A DNA stretch of 64,000 bases from Octopus sinensis (Eukaryota). The notes beneath the pieces were generated by a model, which was not told the DNA's origin, searched no databases, and worked only from the letters and a program-made list of their open reading frames with translations. Position 1 is the stretch's first letter. Each line of letters begins with the position of its first letter. The stretch spans positions 13,516,001 to 13,580,000 of the forward strand of contig NC_043022.1 of NCBI RefSeq assembly GCF_006345805.1, read 5' to 3'. A program made the position numbers and the translations under genes. Below, piece after piece: positions 25,214 through 38,562 of this stretch.

Positions 25214-25698
25214 CAGAAATATATCAGAAATATAGCACCAGTGGTGCTTCTCCCTGGCACAAAACAAATGGTGAAAATGGCCATTAAGGATACTCTTTCT
25301 GACCATCAAATGCAAGTTATTTTCAACACCTATGCCAGGTGGACCCAACTGGTTTCCTCATATCTTATGCTGAATCGCTAAGTTACAGAGATGTAAACAC
25401 TAACATCAGTTGTCAAGCGATGGTGGTGGGGACAAACAGACAGAAATGCAAATACATACACACACACATATATATATACACACACATACAACAGGCTTCT
25501 TTCAGTTTCTGTCTACCAAATCCACTCACAAGGCTTTGGTCAGCCCGAGGGTATAGTAGAAGACACTTGCTCGAATGAACCCTGAACCATGTGGTTGGGA
25601 AGCAGGATTCTTACCACACAGCCATACATAGAGTTAACTTTGACTCTTATTTTTAGCAATCACTGGTGCTATTTTGCACCCTTTATTTATATATATAT

Positions 25699-27175
25699 AG
25701 GCGCAGGAGTAGCTGTGTGGTATGTAGCTTGCTTATCAACCACATGGTTCCGGGTTCAATCCCACTGTGTGGCACCTTGGGCAAATGTCTTCTACTATAA
25801 TCTCGGGCCAATCAAAACCTTGCGAATGGATTTGGTAGACAGAAACTGAAAGAAGCTCGTTGTATACGTATATATATATATGTGTGTGTGTGTTTGTGTA
25901 CCTGTGTTTGCCCTTCCACCATCGCTTGACAAGCGATGCTGGTGTGTTTCCGTCCTCGTAACCTAGCGGTTCAGCAGGAGTGGCTGTGTGGTAAGTAGCT
26001 TGCTTATCAACCACATGGTTCCCAGTTCAATCCCACACATGGCACCTTGGGCAAGTGTCCTCTACTATAGCCTCAGGTCAACCAAAGCCTTGTGAGTGGA
26101 TTTGGTAGATGGAAACTGAAAGAAGCCCGTCGTATATATGTATATATATGTGTGTGTGTGTATATGTGTCTGAGTTTGTCCCCCCAACATTGCTTCACAA
26201 CCGATGCTTGTGTGTTTGCGTCCCCGTAACTTAGTGGTTCGGCAAAAGAGACTGACGGAATAAGTACTAACTAGGCTTACAAAGAATAAGTCCTGGGGTT
26301 GATTTGCTCGACTAAAGGCGGTGCTCCAGCATGGCCACAGTCAAATGACTGAAACAAGTAAAGGAGTAACTGATTTCTTTAACTCAAAGCCACAAACTTT
26401 TCAGCAAACACATCATGTGATCACATTAACATTTAGTCATTAACTCCCTGCTGATTGGTTGATTGCAAGGACAGATTTTATTGGCTTTAAACTATTGGTG
26501 GTATGACATCAAACTGCTTTAAATATTTGACTTCACTTTGTGTTACCTCTAAACAAATTGACCCCAGGACTTATTCTTTGTAAGCCTAGTACTTGTTCTA
26601 TTGGTCTCTTTTGCCGAACCGCTAAGTTACGGGGACGTAAACACACCAGCATCGGTTGTCAAGCGATGTTGGGGGGACAAACACAGACACACAAACATAT
26701 ACACACACACACACACACACAAACATATATATATATATATGACAGGCTTCCTTCAGTTTCTGTCTACCAAATCCATTCACCAGGCTTTGGTTGGCCCAAG
26801 GCTATAGTAGAAGCCACTTGCCCAAGGTGCCACACAGTGGGAATGAACCTGGAACCATGTGGTTCATAAGCAAGCTACTTACCACACAGCCAGTCCTATG
26901 CCTATACTATATACTCTTTCTTTTTACTCTTTTACTTGTTTCAGTCTTTTGACTGCGGCCATGCTGGAGCACCGCGTTTAATCGAGCAATTCAACCCCAG
27001 GACTTATTCTTTGTAAGCCCAGTACTTATTCTATCGGTCTATTTTGCCGAACCGCTAAGTAACGGGGACATAAACACACCAGCATCAGTTGTCAAGCAAT
27101 GCTAGGGGGACAAACACACACACACATATATATATATATATACGACGGGCTTCTTTCAGTTTCCGTCTACCAAAT
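25699..27175. mobile_element. Cluster of SINE family A copies (two plus, two minus)
   Basis: Family A head, core and tail motifs. Confidence 0.8.
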
Positions 27176-28277
27176 TATATATAAAGATATATATTATATA
27201 TACATTATATTACCATCATCATTTAACATCTGTTCTCCATGCTGGCATGGGTTGGGCAGTTTGACAAGAATTGGCAGGCCAGAGGGCTGTTGTCTGCCAA
27301 GTTCTGTTGTCCATTTTGGCTTGGTTTCTATGGCTGGATGCCCTTCCTTGTGCTGACCACTTTACAGAGTGTACTGGGTGTTTTTTTTTTTTCATGGGAT
27401 TAGCACCAGTGGGGGTCATCAAGTAACTTCTAAGATAGACAAATCCCCCTCGGTTGGGTCGGGGGAGGGGGTAGTATTGAGGGAAGTGGCTTTGTGCCAG
27501 TTGATAATGGATTAAAAAGAATAATAGAGGGATTAGGGATTATGTGTCTTGCTGTAGAAGAGATACAAGGAAATCCCAGCCGGAGGAGAAGGGAGATGGA
27601 GACTTAGCGGAAAAGACAGAGATGGAGAGGGTGGGGTGGCGGTGGATGTGTTTGAGGACAAGGTGTAGTGAGGAGGGGGTGAATGTAGGGGAAATGGTAC
27701 AGGGGATTGATCTGTATGAGGGGACAGAGGGGAGAAATGGAGAAAATTCCATAAGAATGTGACAAAGGACAGTTAGATGGGATAGAAGTATCTGTAGCAA
27801 TTGAAGGTGAGAGATATCCGGGGGGGGGGCAGCATGGGGGAGGGGGTTATGTTATCTGTGAAGACATTGGGAGAGATAGGGGATAGGGGACATGTTAAGG
27901 ATGGATGGAGAGTGGAGAGAGAGAGTATGCCTGGAGGAAGATAATGAGGAATGGAGGTGGTTCTAAGGATCAAGTCTAGTGGAGGGGAGAGATAGAGAGA
28001 GAGAGAGACTTTCTTTATTCACCATAAGGTTGTGAAAAAGAGGGGAGAATATGGGGGGGGGCAGACAAAACAAACGTTGGGGTCAGGGTATCGAATGAGC
28101 CGAAACTATATGAATAAACAAACAATTAAAATATATACAATTAAATGAGAATGAGTGAATAACAAAAAATGAAATGGAGGACGTGGTTGACCCCACAAAC
28201 CACAGACTCACACTGAAGACTTTGCTTTCTCCTTTTTTACATTCTCGATTAAACAGGTTCTTTCACTCACAACATAC

Positions 28278-28375
28278 TTGCTATAGACTTCCATCTTTTA
28301 CCAAACACACTTTGGGACAGGCATTTCTTCTCCAGCCTTATTTTCCGTTTCATGTGGAAGAGAGAAAGAGTATGG
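28278..28375 (-). CDS. Candidate coding exon HTLSLFHMKRKIRLEKKCLSQSVFGKRWKSIA, unidentified gene
   Basis: Acceptor ttccttgttatcttcctccag, donor A|gtatgt, 98 nt, one open frame. The plus strand also has an open frame, so strand is uncertain. Confidence 0.4.
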
Positions 28376-28469
28376 CTGGAGGAAGATAACAAGGAATATA
28401 AGTTATGATCGCTTGAGAACAGAATCAGTACATATTATTCCCCACCCCCGCTTCCTTTCGTAATCTATC

Positions 28470-28862
28470 AACATCAATGGAATTTGTAGCTGTGATACCA
28501 GTGCCGGTGGCATGTAAGAGAACCATCCGAACATGGCCGTAGCCAGCACCACCCGACTGGCCTCAGTGCTGGTGGCACGTAACAAACATCATCCGACCGT
28601 GGCCGTTGCCAGCCTTGTCTGGTCGCTGTGCCGGTGGCACATAAAAAGCACCATCCGATCGTGGCCGTTTGCCAGCCTCATCTGGCACGTAAAAAGCACC
28701 CACTACACTCACGGAGTGGTTGGGGTTAGGAAGGGCATCCAACTGTAGAAACATTGCCGGATCAGACTGGGCCTGGTGCAGCCTTCTGGCTTCCCAGACC
28801 CCAGTTGAACCATCCAACCCATGCCAGCATGGAAAGTGGACGTTAAACGATGATGATGATGA
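28470..28862 (+). mobile_element. RTE 3' UTR copy with VNTR units
   Basis: Core plus (GAT)n tail. Confidence 0.8.
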
Positions 28863-29400
28863 TATTACCCCCTCCTCCTCCTCGCCTGGATACTTCTATC
28901 CCTTATTCTCATCCGCTATTCCTTTCCTGTACGATCCTCACAGAACATCTCTTTTCTGCTTTCAAACAGCTCTCTCCCCTGCACCATACTCCATCTCACC
29001 ACCTCACGTATCTGCTCTCATTCTCATCAACCTCATAGATCCACCATCATGCTCCATTCACCATACAAACCCCGTATGTATCCCCACATCTCTCCCTCTG
29101 TCATTTCTATACCTTGCACATTATCCTCCTTTCTGAGGACAGCTGCATAAAGAAGTACCAATTGCTTAAAGTGGGTGCAACTAGTGGAAGAGGGAGTCCC
29201 AGGAAGACATGAGGTGGAGTGGTGAAGGCAGACCACAAAATGCTGAGTCTCATGGAGATGACGAATGATTGAGATGATTGATGATTTGCATAAGGCTTAG
29301 CATTTTGTGCTCTGCCTTCACTGCTCCACTTCATGTCCTCCTGAGACTCTCTCTTCCACAAGTTGCATCCACTTTAAGCAATTGGTAGCTTCTTTATGTG

Positions 29401-29647
29401 TGGAGGTGCATGGCTTAGTGGTTAGGGTGTCAGCATCATGATCATAAGATTGTGGTTTCGATTCCTGGACTGGGCAACGCGTTGTGTTCTTGGGCAAAAC
29501 ACTTCGTTTCACGTTGCTCCAGTCCACTCAGCTGGCAAAAATGAGTAACACTGCGACGGACTGGCGTCCCATCCAGCTGGGGAAGACATACGCCATTGAA
29601 ACTGGGAAACCAGGCCTATGAGCCTGGCTAGGCTTTAAAAAGGCATA
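29401..29647 (+). mobile_element. tRNA-derived SINE, family D
   Basis: A box tggcttagtgg, B-box-like gtttcgattcc, and ctgcgacggactggcgtcccatccag resembling V-SINE-type domains (family assignment from memory). Confidence 0.6.
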
Positions 29648-29649
29648 TA

Positions 29650-29722
<73 letters not shown>

Positions 29723-31865
29723 ACATACTGCATAGGTTACATATATCATATCATACCTTGATGCCAGTGCTGTGTAAACATACCCATGTGAATCTGTGTG
29801 AATGCACCCATGCTGGCAGCATGTAAAAAGCACCCAGCACACTCTTTTTTTGTTATGCCTGGTACTTACTCTGTCGATCTCTTTTGCTGAACCGCTAAGT
29901 CACGGAGATGTAAACACATCAATACCAGTTGTCAAGCAGTGAGTGGGTTGGGGGTGGGGACAAGCACAGACATAAAGACACACACACATACAGATATATA
30001 TATATGACAGGCTTCTTTCAGTTTCCGTCTTGCAAATCCACTCACAAGGCTTTGGACAGCCCGAGGCTATAGTAGAAGACACTTGCCCAAAGTGCCATGT
30101 AGTGGGACTGAACCCAGAACCATATGGTTGGGAAGCAAACTTCTTACTACACAGCCATGCCTGCCCAATTTTTCTCTCAATCCCTTAACACTTTGTCATA
30201 TATGCACACTGATATTGCACATCCAGCTGAGCATACCAGATTCGTTCCTCATTAGTCTCTGCATGTCCTCTGCATTTAGGGCCCGTGTCTCCGTACCATG
30301 TAGCATTACTGTTTGTACATAAACATCATACCATCTACTTTTCATTCTGAGAGAGACAGAGACCTTTCATAGCCAACAGAGATAATAGCTCACTGAACTT
30401 TCTCCATCTTAGCAACTATACATTTAGAAACTCCACCTTCACTGCTAATTAATTAGGTCACCTAGGTAACTGAGATTATCTACTACCTCTAGGGAGCCTC
30501 CAGGGTATTCAAGAAAATCTATTTCTTGTTTTCTTGTGTGTCCTTAGCGTCTTCCACATCCAAACACTACTTTCTCCTTTAAACATGGGATGGCAGTCTC
30601 TGACACCTGACAGCTTTGTTTTTATAGCAAACCAACATAAGTAGTATTCAGATGCTCCTCATATGCAGTTTGATGTGGTGGGCTTGGACACCTTACTAGG
30701 ATGCAGGTTGACAGGTCACCTAAGCAATTGTCTTACAAGGAGTTGCAATGTGGTAAATGACTGAGACAGAAGCCTAATAAAAACAGTTTAGGGATCTTGT
30801 CAAAAACAATCTCAACCCCTTAGTATTTAAACTGACCATATCAGCAAAAAAGAGGTGTATATAAGGTATGTTTTTGTGGTGTAGTTTGCACGACAGATTT
30901 TCAATTTTTAGAAGTAATTATTATATAGATATTATCAAAAGTATTTAGTTTTATTAGTATAAAGAGTATGGTTGTTTTCCAAACAATTGGTTTAAATATT
31001 ATTTATTAAATCAACGACTTTTATAACTAAAGTTTATAAATAGGTGCAGAAGTGGCTGTGTGGTAAGTAGCTTGTTTACCGACCACATGGTTCCGGGTTC
31101 ATTCCCACTGTGTGGCACCTTGGGCAAGTGTCTTCTACTATAGCCTCGGGCCGACCAAAGCCTTGTGAGTGGATTTGGTAGACGGAAACTGAAAGAAGCC
31201 CGTCGTATATATATATATATATATGCCTGTGTGTGTTTGTGTGTCTGTGTTTGTCCCCCTAGCATTGCTTGACAACCGATGCTGGTGTGTTTATGTCCCC
31301 GTTACTTAATGGTTTGGCAAAAGAGACCGATAGAATAAGTACTGGGCTAACAAAAGAATAAGTCCCGGGGTCGAGTTGCTCGATTAAAGGCGGTGCTCCA
31401 GCATGGCCGCAGTCAAATGACTGAAACAAGTAAATGAGTAAAAGAGTAAAGAGTAAACAATATATATATTTCATAATATGTATTTTATAAATTGAGTATT
31501 GGTGTCTGTGGTGGTTGATTTTTAAACTTAGGCCAGATTCAGCCTGCCGTGTTGTCATTCTAAAAATAAACAATCACGTAATCAAAATTTCAAAGCTTAA
31601 GCCTTATGCATAATTAATTGAAGACAATGCAAATAAGTTAGTTAGTTAGATAGATATTTAACCAATTGGTTAATAATAAAGGAATGGAATTGAACTGGTA
31701 TGTGGGTTGTTAATATTGGCGTAATAACTCTCCCCTGACACTATTACTCTTTTACTTGTTTCAGTAATTTGACTGCGGCCATGCTGGAGCACCGCCTTTA
31801 GTCGAGCAACTAGACCCAAGGACTTATTCTTTGTAAGCCCAGTACTTATTCTATCGGTCTCTTTT

Positions 31866-32869
31866 GCCGAACCGCTAAGTGATGGGGACATAAACACGCC
31901 AGCATCGGTTGTCAAGCAATGCTAGGGGGACAAACACAGACACACAAACACACACACACATATATATATATACATATATACGACAGGCTTCTTTCAGTTT
32001 CTGTCTACCAAATCCACTCACAAGGCATTGGTCGGCCCGGGGCTATAGTAGAAGACACTTGCCCAAGGTGCCACGCAGTGGGACTGAACCCTGAACCATG
32101 TGGTTGGTGAGCAAGCTACTTACCACACAGCCACTCCTGCGCCTATGCGGATAAATATGTATTTCATCGGACGAAATAATCTGAATGGTGACAGGCGAAA
32201 GCTCATAGTGTTGAAGACTAGAAGTGGACGACAGATAATTGATCGGTTCGGTCGGGAAGTGATCTATGATGGCTGTAAAGCAGTTGAGGCATGGAGAATC
32301 AAACACACTGTATTGGGACGAGCACTTCGTAAACGGGAGGACTTGACCTCAATCCCAGAAACCATTTGGCTTTTGTATGTTTGTAACATCTGTTTGTCCA
32401 AAGCCAGACTTGCTAGTCATATGAGAGCTCCTGACAGCATTTACTGCGGAGAAGCATGCACATAAACACATATATATATCTACGAGTGAGTCGACAAATG
32501 ATAGAAAAGGGCCCTGAACACATTTTTTGGGAGTTACTTGTATTGTTCAAAACAGTTTGATTTGGATCACATGCTATTTAACCCTTTAGTGTTTGCATTA
32601 TTCTGCCAAAATGAATCCTTTTTTATCCACACTGCCTTGAACTAATCAGGCATTATCTTGTAGCTATGAGATTTTGATAAGGTAGCTGTTAATTTTTCAA
32701 GCAATATTGTAGGGCTGGTGTGAGAGACCAGATCTGGCCAGTTTGAACATAAAACAGGTAGAATACTTTTGGCCGGATATGGCCGGTTTAAATACTAAAG
32801 GGTTAAAGTTCGGCTTTGAAACTTTAAACAGCAAACAGTTTTGAACACTGCAATATGTATGTGTGTGTG

Positions 32870-32918
<49 letters not shown>

Positions 32919-33118
32919 GTATATATATGGTAGACCGTTAGCTCCTACACACATTTTTTTCTCTCCTTGTTTCTTTTCTGTGTATCTTTCTGTCGAAGAG
33001 CGTAGGCTCAAAATGTAAAAGACTTTTTCTATTTCTATTCCTGAGCGCTATACTAATACATTTGTTTGTTTGCACTCCACCTGCCTTCGTCTTTTGTTTA
33101 TTTTCGTAAACCTTCCCG

Positions 33119-33153
<35 letters not shown>

Positions 33154-33170
33154 TGTATGTGTGTATATAT

Positions 33171-33202
<32 letters not shown>

Positions 33203-35055
33203 CATATATATATAGCGGCCAACCCATGCCAGCATGGAAAATGGATGTTAACTGATGATGATGATGATGACATATATTTATGTAGGAGCAGATGTGTGAT
33301 AAGTAGATTACTTACCAACCACATGGTTCTGGGTTCAGTCCCACCGTGTGGCACCTTGGGCATGTGTTTTTTACTATAGCCTCGGGCCTACCAAAGCCTT
33401 GTGAGTGGATTTGGTAGACGGAGCCTGTCATGTGTGTGTGTATGTGTTTGTCCCCCCACCATCGCTTGACAACTGATGTTGGTGTGTTTATGCCCTCATA
33501 ACATAGCGCTTCAGCAAAAGAGACTGATAGAATAAGTACAAGGCTTACAAAGACTAGGTACTGGGTCAATTTGTTCAACTAAAAGTGGTGCTTCTGCATA
33601 GCCGCAGACAAATGACTGAAACAAATAAAAGAATATATATTTATATATATATATACTCTTTACTCTTTTACTTGTTTCAGTCATTTGACTGCGGCCATGC
33701 TGGAGCACTGCCTTTAGTTGAGCAAATCGACCCCGGGACTTATTCTTTGTAAGCCCGGTACTTATTCTATCGGTCCTTTTTTGCCGAACCGCTAAGTGAT
33801 GGGGACATAAACACGCCAGCATCGGTTGTCAAGCAATGCTAGGGGGACAAACACAGACACACAAACACACACACACATATATATATATACATATATACGA
33901 CAGGCTTCTTTCAGTTTCTGTCTACCAAATCCACTCACAAGGCATTGGTCGGCCCGGGGCTATAGTAGAAGACACTTGCCCAAGGTGCCACGCAGTGGGA
34001 CTGAACCCTGAACCATGTGGTTGGTGAGCAAGCTACTTACCACACAGCCACTCCTGCGCCTATGCGGATAAATATGTATTTCATCGGACGAAATAATCTG
34101 AATGGTGACAGGCGAAAGCTCATAGTGTTGAAGACTAGAAGTGGACGACAGATAATTGATCGGTTCGGTCGGGAAGTGATCTATGATGGCTGTAAAGCAG
34201 TTGAGGCATGGAGAATCAAACACACTGTATTGGGACGAGCACTTCGTAAACGGGAGGACTTGACCTCAATCCCAGAAACCATTTGGCTTTTGTATGTTTG
34301 TAACATCTGTTTGTCCAAAGCCAGACTTGCTAGTCATATGAGAGCTCCTGACAGCATTTACTGCGGAGAAGCATGCACATAAACACATATATATATCTAC
34401 GAGTGAGTCGACAAATGATAGAAAAGGGCCCTGAACACATTTTTTGGGAGTTACTTGTATTGTTCAAAACAGTTTGATTTGGATCACATGCTATTTAACC
34501 CTTTAGTGTTTGCATTATTCTGCCAAAATGAATCCTTTTTTATCCACACTGCCTTGAACTAATCAGGCATTATCTTGTAGCTATGAGATTTTGATAAGGT
34601 AGCTGTTAATTTTTCAAGCAATATTGTAGGGCTGGTGTGAGAGACCAGATCTGGCCAGTTTGAACATAAAACAGGTAGAATACTTTTGGCCGGATATGGC
34701 CGGTTTAAATACTAAAGGGTTAAAGTTCGGCTTTGAAACTTTAAACAGCAAACAGTTTTGAACACTGCAATATGTATGTGTGTGTGTATATATGGTAATG
34801 ATACACATACATGTGTATATATGTATATATATGGTAGACCGTTAGCTCCTACACACATTTTTTTCTCTCCTTGTTTCTTTTCTGTGTATCTTTCTGTCGA
34901 AGAGCGTAGGCTCAAAATGTAAAAGACTTTTTCTATTTCTATTCCTGAGCGCTATACTAATACATTTGTTTGTTTGCACTCCACCTGCCTTCGTCTTTTG
35001 TTTATTTTCGTAAACCTTCCCGATATATATATATATATATTATATATATATATAT

Positions 35056-35108
<53 letters not shown>

Positions 35109-35681
35109 TATAGCGGCCAACCCATGCCAGCATGGAAAATGGATGTTAACTGATGATGATGATGATGACATATATTTATGTAGGAGCAGATGTGTGATAA
35201 GTAGATTACTTACCAACCACATGGTTCTGGGTTCAGTCCCACCGTGTGGCACCTTGGGCATGTGTTTTTTACTATAGCCTCGGGCCTACCAAAGCCTTGT
35301 GAGTGGATTTGGTAGACGGAGCCTGTCATGTGTGTGTGTATGTGTTTGTCCCCCTACCATCGCTTGACAACTGATGTTGGTGTGTTTATGCCCTCATAAC
35401 ATAGCGCTTCAGCAAAAAGAGACTGATAGAATAAGTACAAGGCTTACAAAGACTAGGTACTGGGTCAATTTGTTCAACTAAAAGTGGTGCTTCTGCATAG
35501 CCGCAGACAAATGACTGAAACAAATAAAAGAATATATATTTATATATATATATACTCTTTACTCTTTTACTTGTTTCAGTCATTTGACTGCGGCCATGCT
35601 GGAGCACTGCCTTTAGTTGAGCAAATCGACCCCGGGACTTATTCTTTGTAAGCCCGGTACTTATTCTATCGGTCCTTTTTT
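31866..35681. repeat. Tandem segmental duplication, units 31866-33782 and 33783-35681
   Basis: Identical ORF translations offset by 1917 bp; visible differences are mostly in microsatellites. Confidence 0.95.
32150..32480 (+). mobile_element. RTE-type LINE 3' end remnant with degenerate zinc finger (duplicated at 34067-34397)
   Basis: YDGCKAVEAWRIKHTVLGRALRK...VCNICLSKARLASHMR. Confidence 0.6.
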
Positions 35682-35967
35682 GCCGAACCGCTAAGTGACG
35701 GGGATGTAAACACACCAACATCGGTTGTCAAGCAATGCTAGGGGAACACAAACACACACATACATATATATATATATACATACATACATCACGGAGTGGT
35801 TGGTGTTAGGAAGGGCATCCAGCCGTAGAAACACTGCCAGATCAGACTGGGCCTGATGCAGCCTTCTGGCTTCGCAGACCCCAGTTGAACCGTCCAACCC
35901 ATGCTAGCATGGAAAGCGGACGCTAAATGATGATGATGATGATGATATATATATATACACACAGGCA

Positions 35968-37310
35968 TCATCATCATCATCATCATCGTTTAGCGTCCGC
36001 TTTCCATGCTAGCATGGGTTGGACGGGTCAACTGGGGTCTGTGAAGCTGGAAGGCTTCGTCAGGCCCAGTCAGATCTGGCAGTGTTTCTACGGCTGGATG
36101 CCCTTCCTAACGCCAACCACTCCGCGAGTGTAGTGGGTGTTTTTTACGTGCCACCTGCACAGGTGCCAGACAGAGCTGGCGAACGGCCACGAACGGATGG
36201 TGCTTTTACGTGTCACCGGCACGGGGCCAGGCGATGCTGGCAACGGACACGAACGGATGGTGCTTTTACGTGCCACCGACACGGTTGCCAGACAGAGCTG
36301 GCAAACGGCCACGAGCGGACGGTGCTTTTACGTGTCACCGGCACGGGGGCCAGCCGAGGCTGGCAGCGGACACGAACGGATGGTGCTTTTACGTGCCACC
36401 GACACGGTTGCCAGACAGAGCTGGCAAACGGCCACGAGCGGACGGTGCTTTTACGTGTCACCGGCACGGGGGCCAGCCGAGGCTGGCAACGGACACGGAC
36501 GGATGGTGCTTTTACATGCCACCGACACGGGGCCAGACAGAGCTGGCAAACGGCCACGAACGGATGGTGCTTTTATGTGCCACCGACACGGGGCCAGACA
36601 GAGCTGGCAAACGGCCACGAACGGATGGTGCTTTTACGTGTCACCGGCACGGGGCCAGGCGAGGCTGGCAACGAACACGAACGGATGGTGCTTTTACGTG
36701 CCACCGACACGGGGCCAGGCAGAGCTGGCAAACGGCCACGAGCGAATGGTGCTTTTACGTATCACCGGCACGGGTGCCAGATGAGGCTGACAGCGGACAC
36801 GAACAGATGGGTCACTTAACCCCTGCTTTCTGATATATGATTTGATTTTGATTGTTCTCACTGGTCTTGCCGGGTCTTCTCACGCACAGCATACTTCCAT
36901 AGGTCTCGGTCTCTGGTCATTTCCTTGGTGAGACCTAGAGTTCGAAGGTCGTGCTTCACCACCTCGACCCAGGTTTTCCTAGGTCTACCTCTTCCACAGG
37001 TCCCCTCAACTGCCAGGGTGTGGCACTTTTTCACACACCTATCTTCATCCATTCTCACCACATGACCATACCAGCGCAATCGTCTCTCTTGCACACAACA
37101 TCTGATTCCTCTTAGGTCCAACTTTTCTCTCAAGGTACTTACACTCTGTCGACTATGAACACTGACATTACACATCCAACAGAGCATACTAGCTTCATTT
37201 CTCGTGAGCTTACGCATGTCCCCAGCAGTCACGGCCCATGTTTCACTGCCATGTAGCATGGCTGTTCATACACATGCATCATACAGTCTGCCTTTTACTC
37301 TGAGCGAGAG
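35968..37310 (-). mobile_element. 5'-truncated RTE LINE with expanded ~60-bp VNTR in the 3' UTR
   Basis: ORF LHGSETW...RRLRWYGHVVRM...GRGRPRKTW...AVREKTRQDQ* is contiguous with aaatc repeats, about 11 VNTR units (36135-36810), core and (GAT)n tail. Confidence 0.92.
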
Positions 37311-38161
37311 GCCTCAGCTTAAGTTGTTCTTGATTATAAGTCAGTTTTCAAAAATAATTTATGGGAAAATAAAAATCAAGTTAAGTCATTTTACTCAACT
37401 TTACGTCTCTCCACTACAAATATTGAAACTGTAAAATCACTAGAAATCCGTTAAAGGCACATAAAATCATGTTACTGTACAATAAATAAGAATAGAAGCC
37501 TATAAAATCATATTAAAATATGTACAGTAAATGTTAAGATACACACCATAAAGTGGTGTAGCTTAGTGAACGAAATCAAGAGATCAGCTGTGTTGTCTTA
37601 TCAGTCTTTCAGAGCTCATATTGCACTGTAGTTCCAATATCTACCATTAGGTGTCGTCACTTGTGATTCCCACGATTGTTTTGAATTCAGATTTGTTTAC
37701 ATCTGTCTATTACTCTTTACTCTTTTAATTGTTTCAGTCATTTGACTGCGGCCATGCTGGAGCACCGCCTTTTAGTCGAGCAAATCGACCCCGGGACTTA
37801 TTCTTTGTAAGCCCAGTACTTATTCTATCGGCCTCTTTTGCCGAACCGCTAAGTGACGGGGACGTAAACACACCAGCATCTGTTGTCAAACAATGCTAGG
37901 GCGACAAACACAGACACACAAACAGGCATATACATATATATATATATACATATGTATGACAGGCTTCTTTCAGTTTCTGTCTACCAAATCCACTCACAAG
38001 GCATTGGTCGGCCCGGAGCTATAGCAGAAGACACTTGCCCAAGATGCCATGCAGTGGGACTGAACCCAGAACCATGTGGTTGGTTAGCAAGCTACTTACC
38101 ACACAGCCACTCCTGGCTACTTTCTCATTCATTTGTGACTTTATTTTTTTTTCTTTGCTTC

Positions 38162-38519
38162 CATGACTCCTAAGAAAATTCATAGTGAAAGTGCCAAGCG
38201 CCATGCTATAACAGTGGAAGATAAAACACCATGGGAAAGGTGAAAAAGTGGTAGCAAGTGCACAATCTTTTGTGATGAATCCGACAACTGTATCGACGAT
38301 TGTACATAATAACTCTTTACTCTCTTTTACTCTTTTACTTGTTTCAGTCATTTGACTGCGGCCATGCTGGAGCACCACCTTAAGTCGAGCAAATCGACCC
38401 CGGGACTTATTCTTTGTAAGCCCAGTACTTATTCTATCGGTCTCTTTTTGCCGAACCACTAAGTGACGGGGACGTAAACATACTAGCATCGGTTGTCAAG
38501 CAATGCTAGGGGAACACAA

Positions 38520-38562
<43 letters not shown>

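Noticed and set aside
27440-28080. G-rich tract with G-quadruplex potential
   Set aside because: Low-complexity purine-rich repeat remnant with a related segment at about 46.1-46.4 kb; no specific function supported.
36019-36833. Three overlapping 200-270-aa ORFs
   Set aside because: Translations of the ~60-bp VNTR in the RTE 3' UTR.
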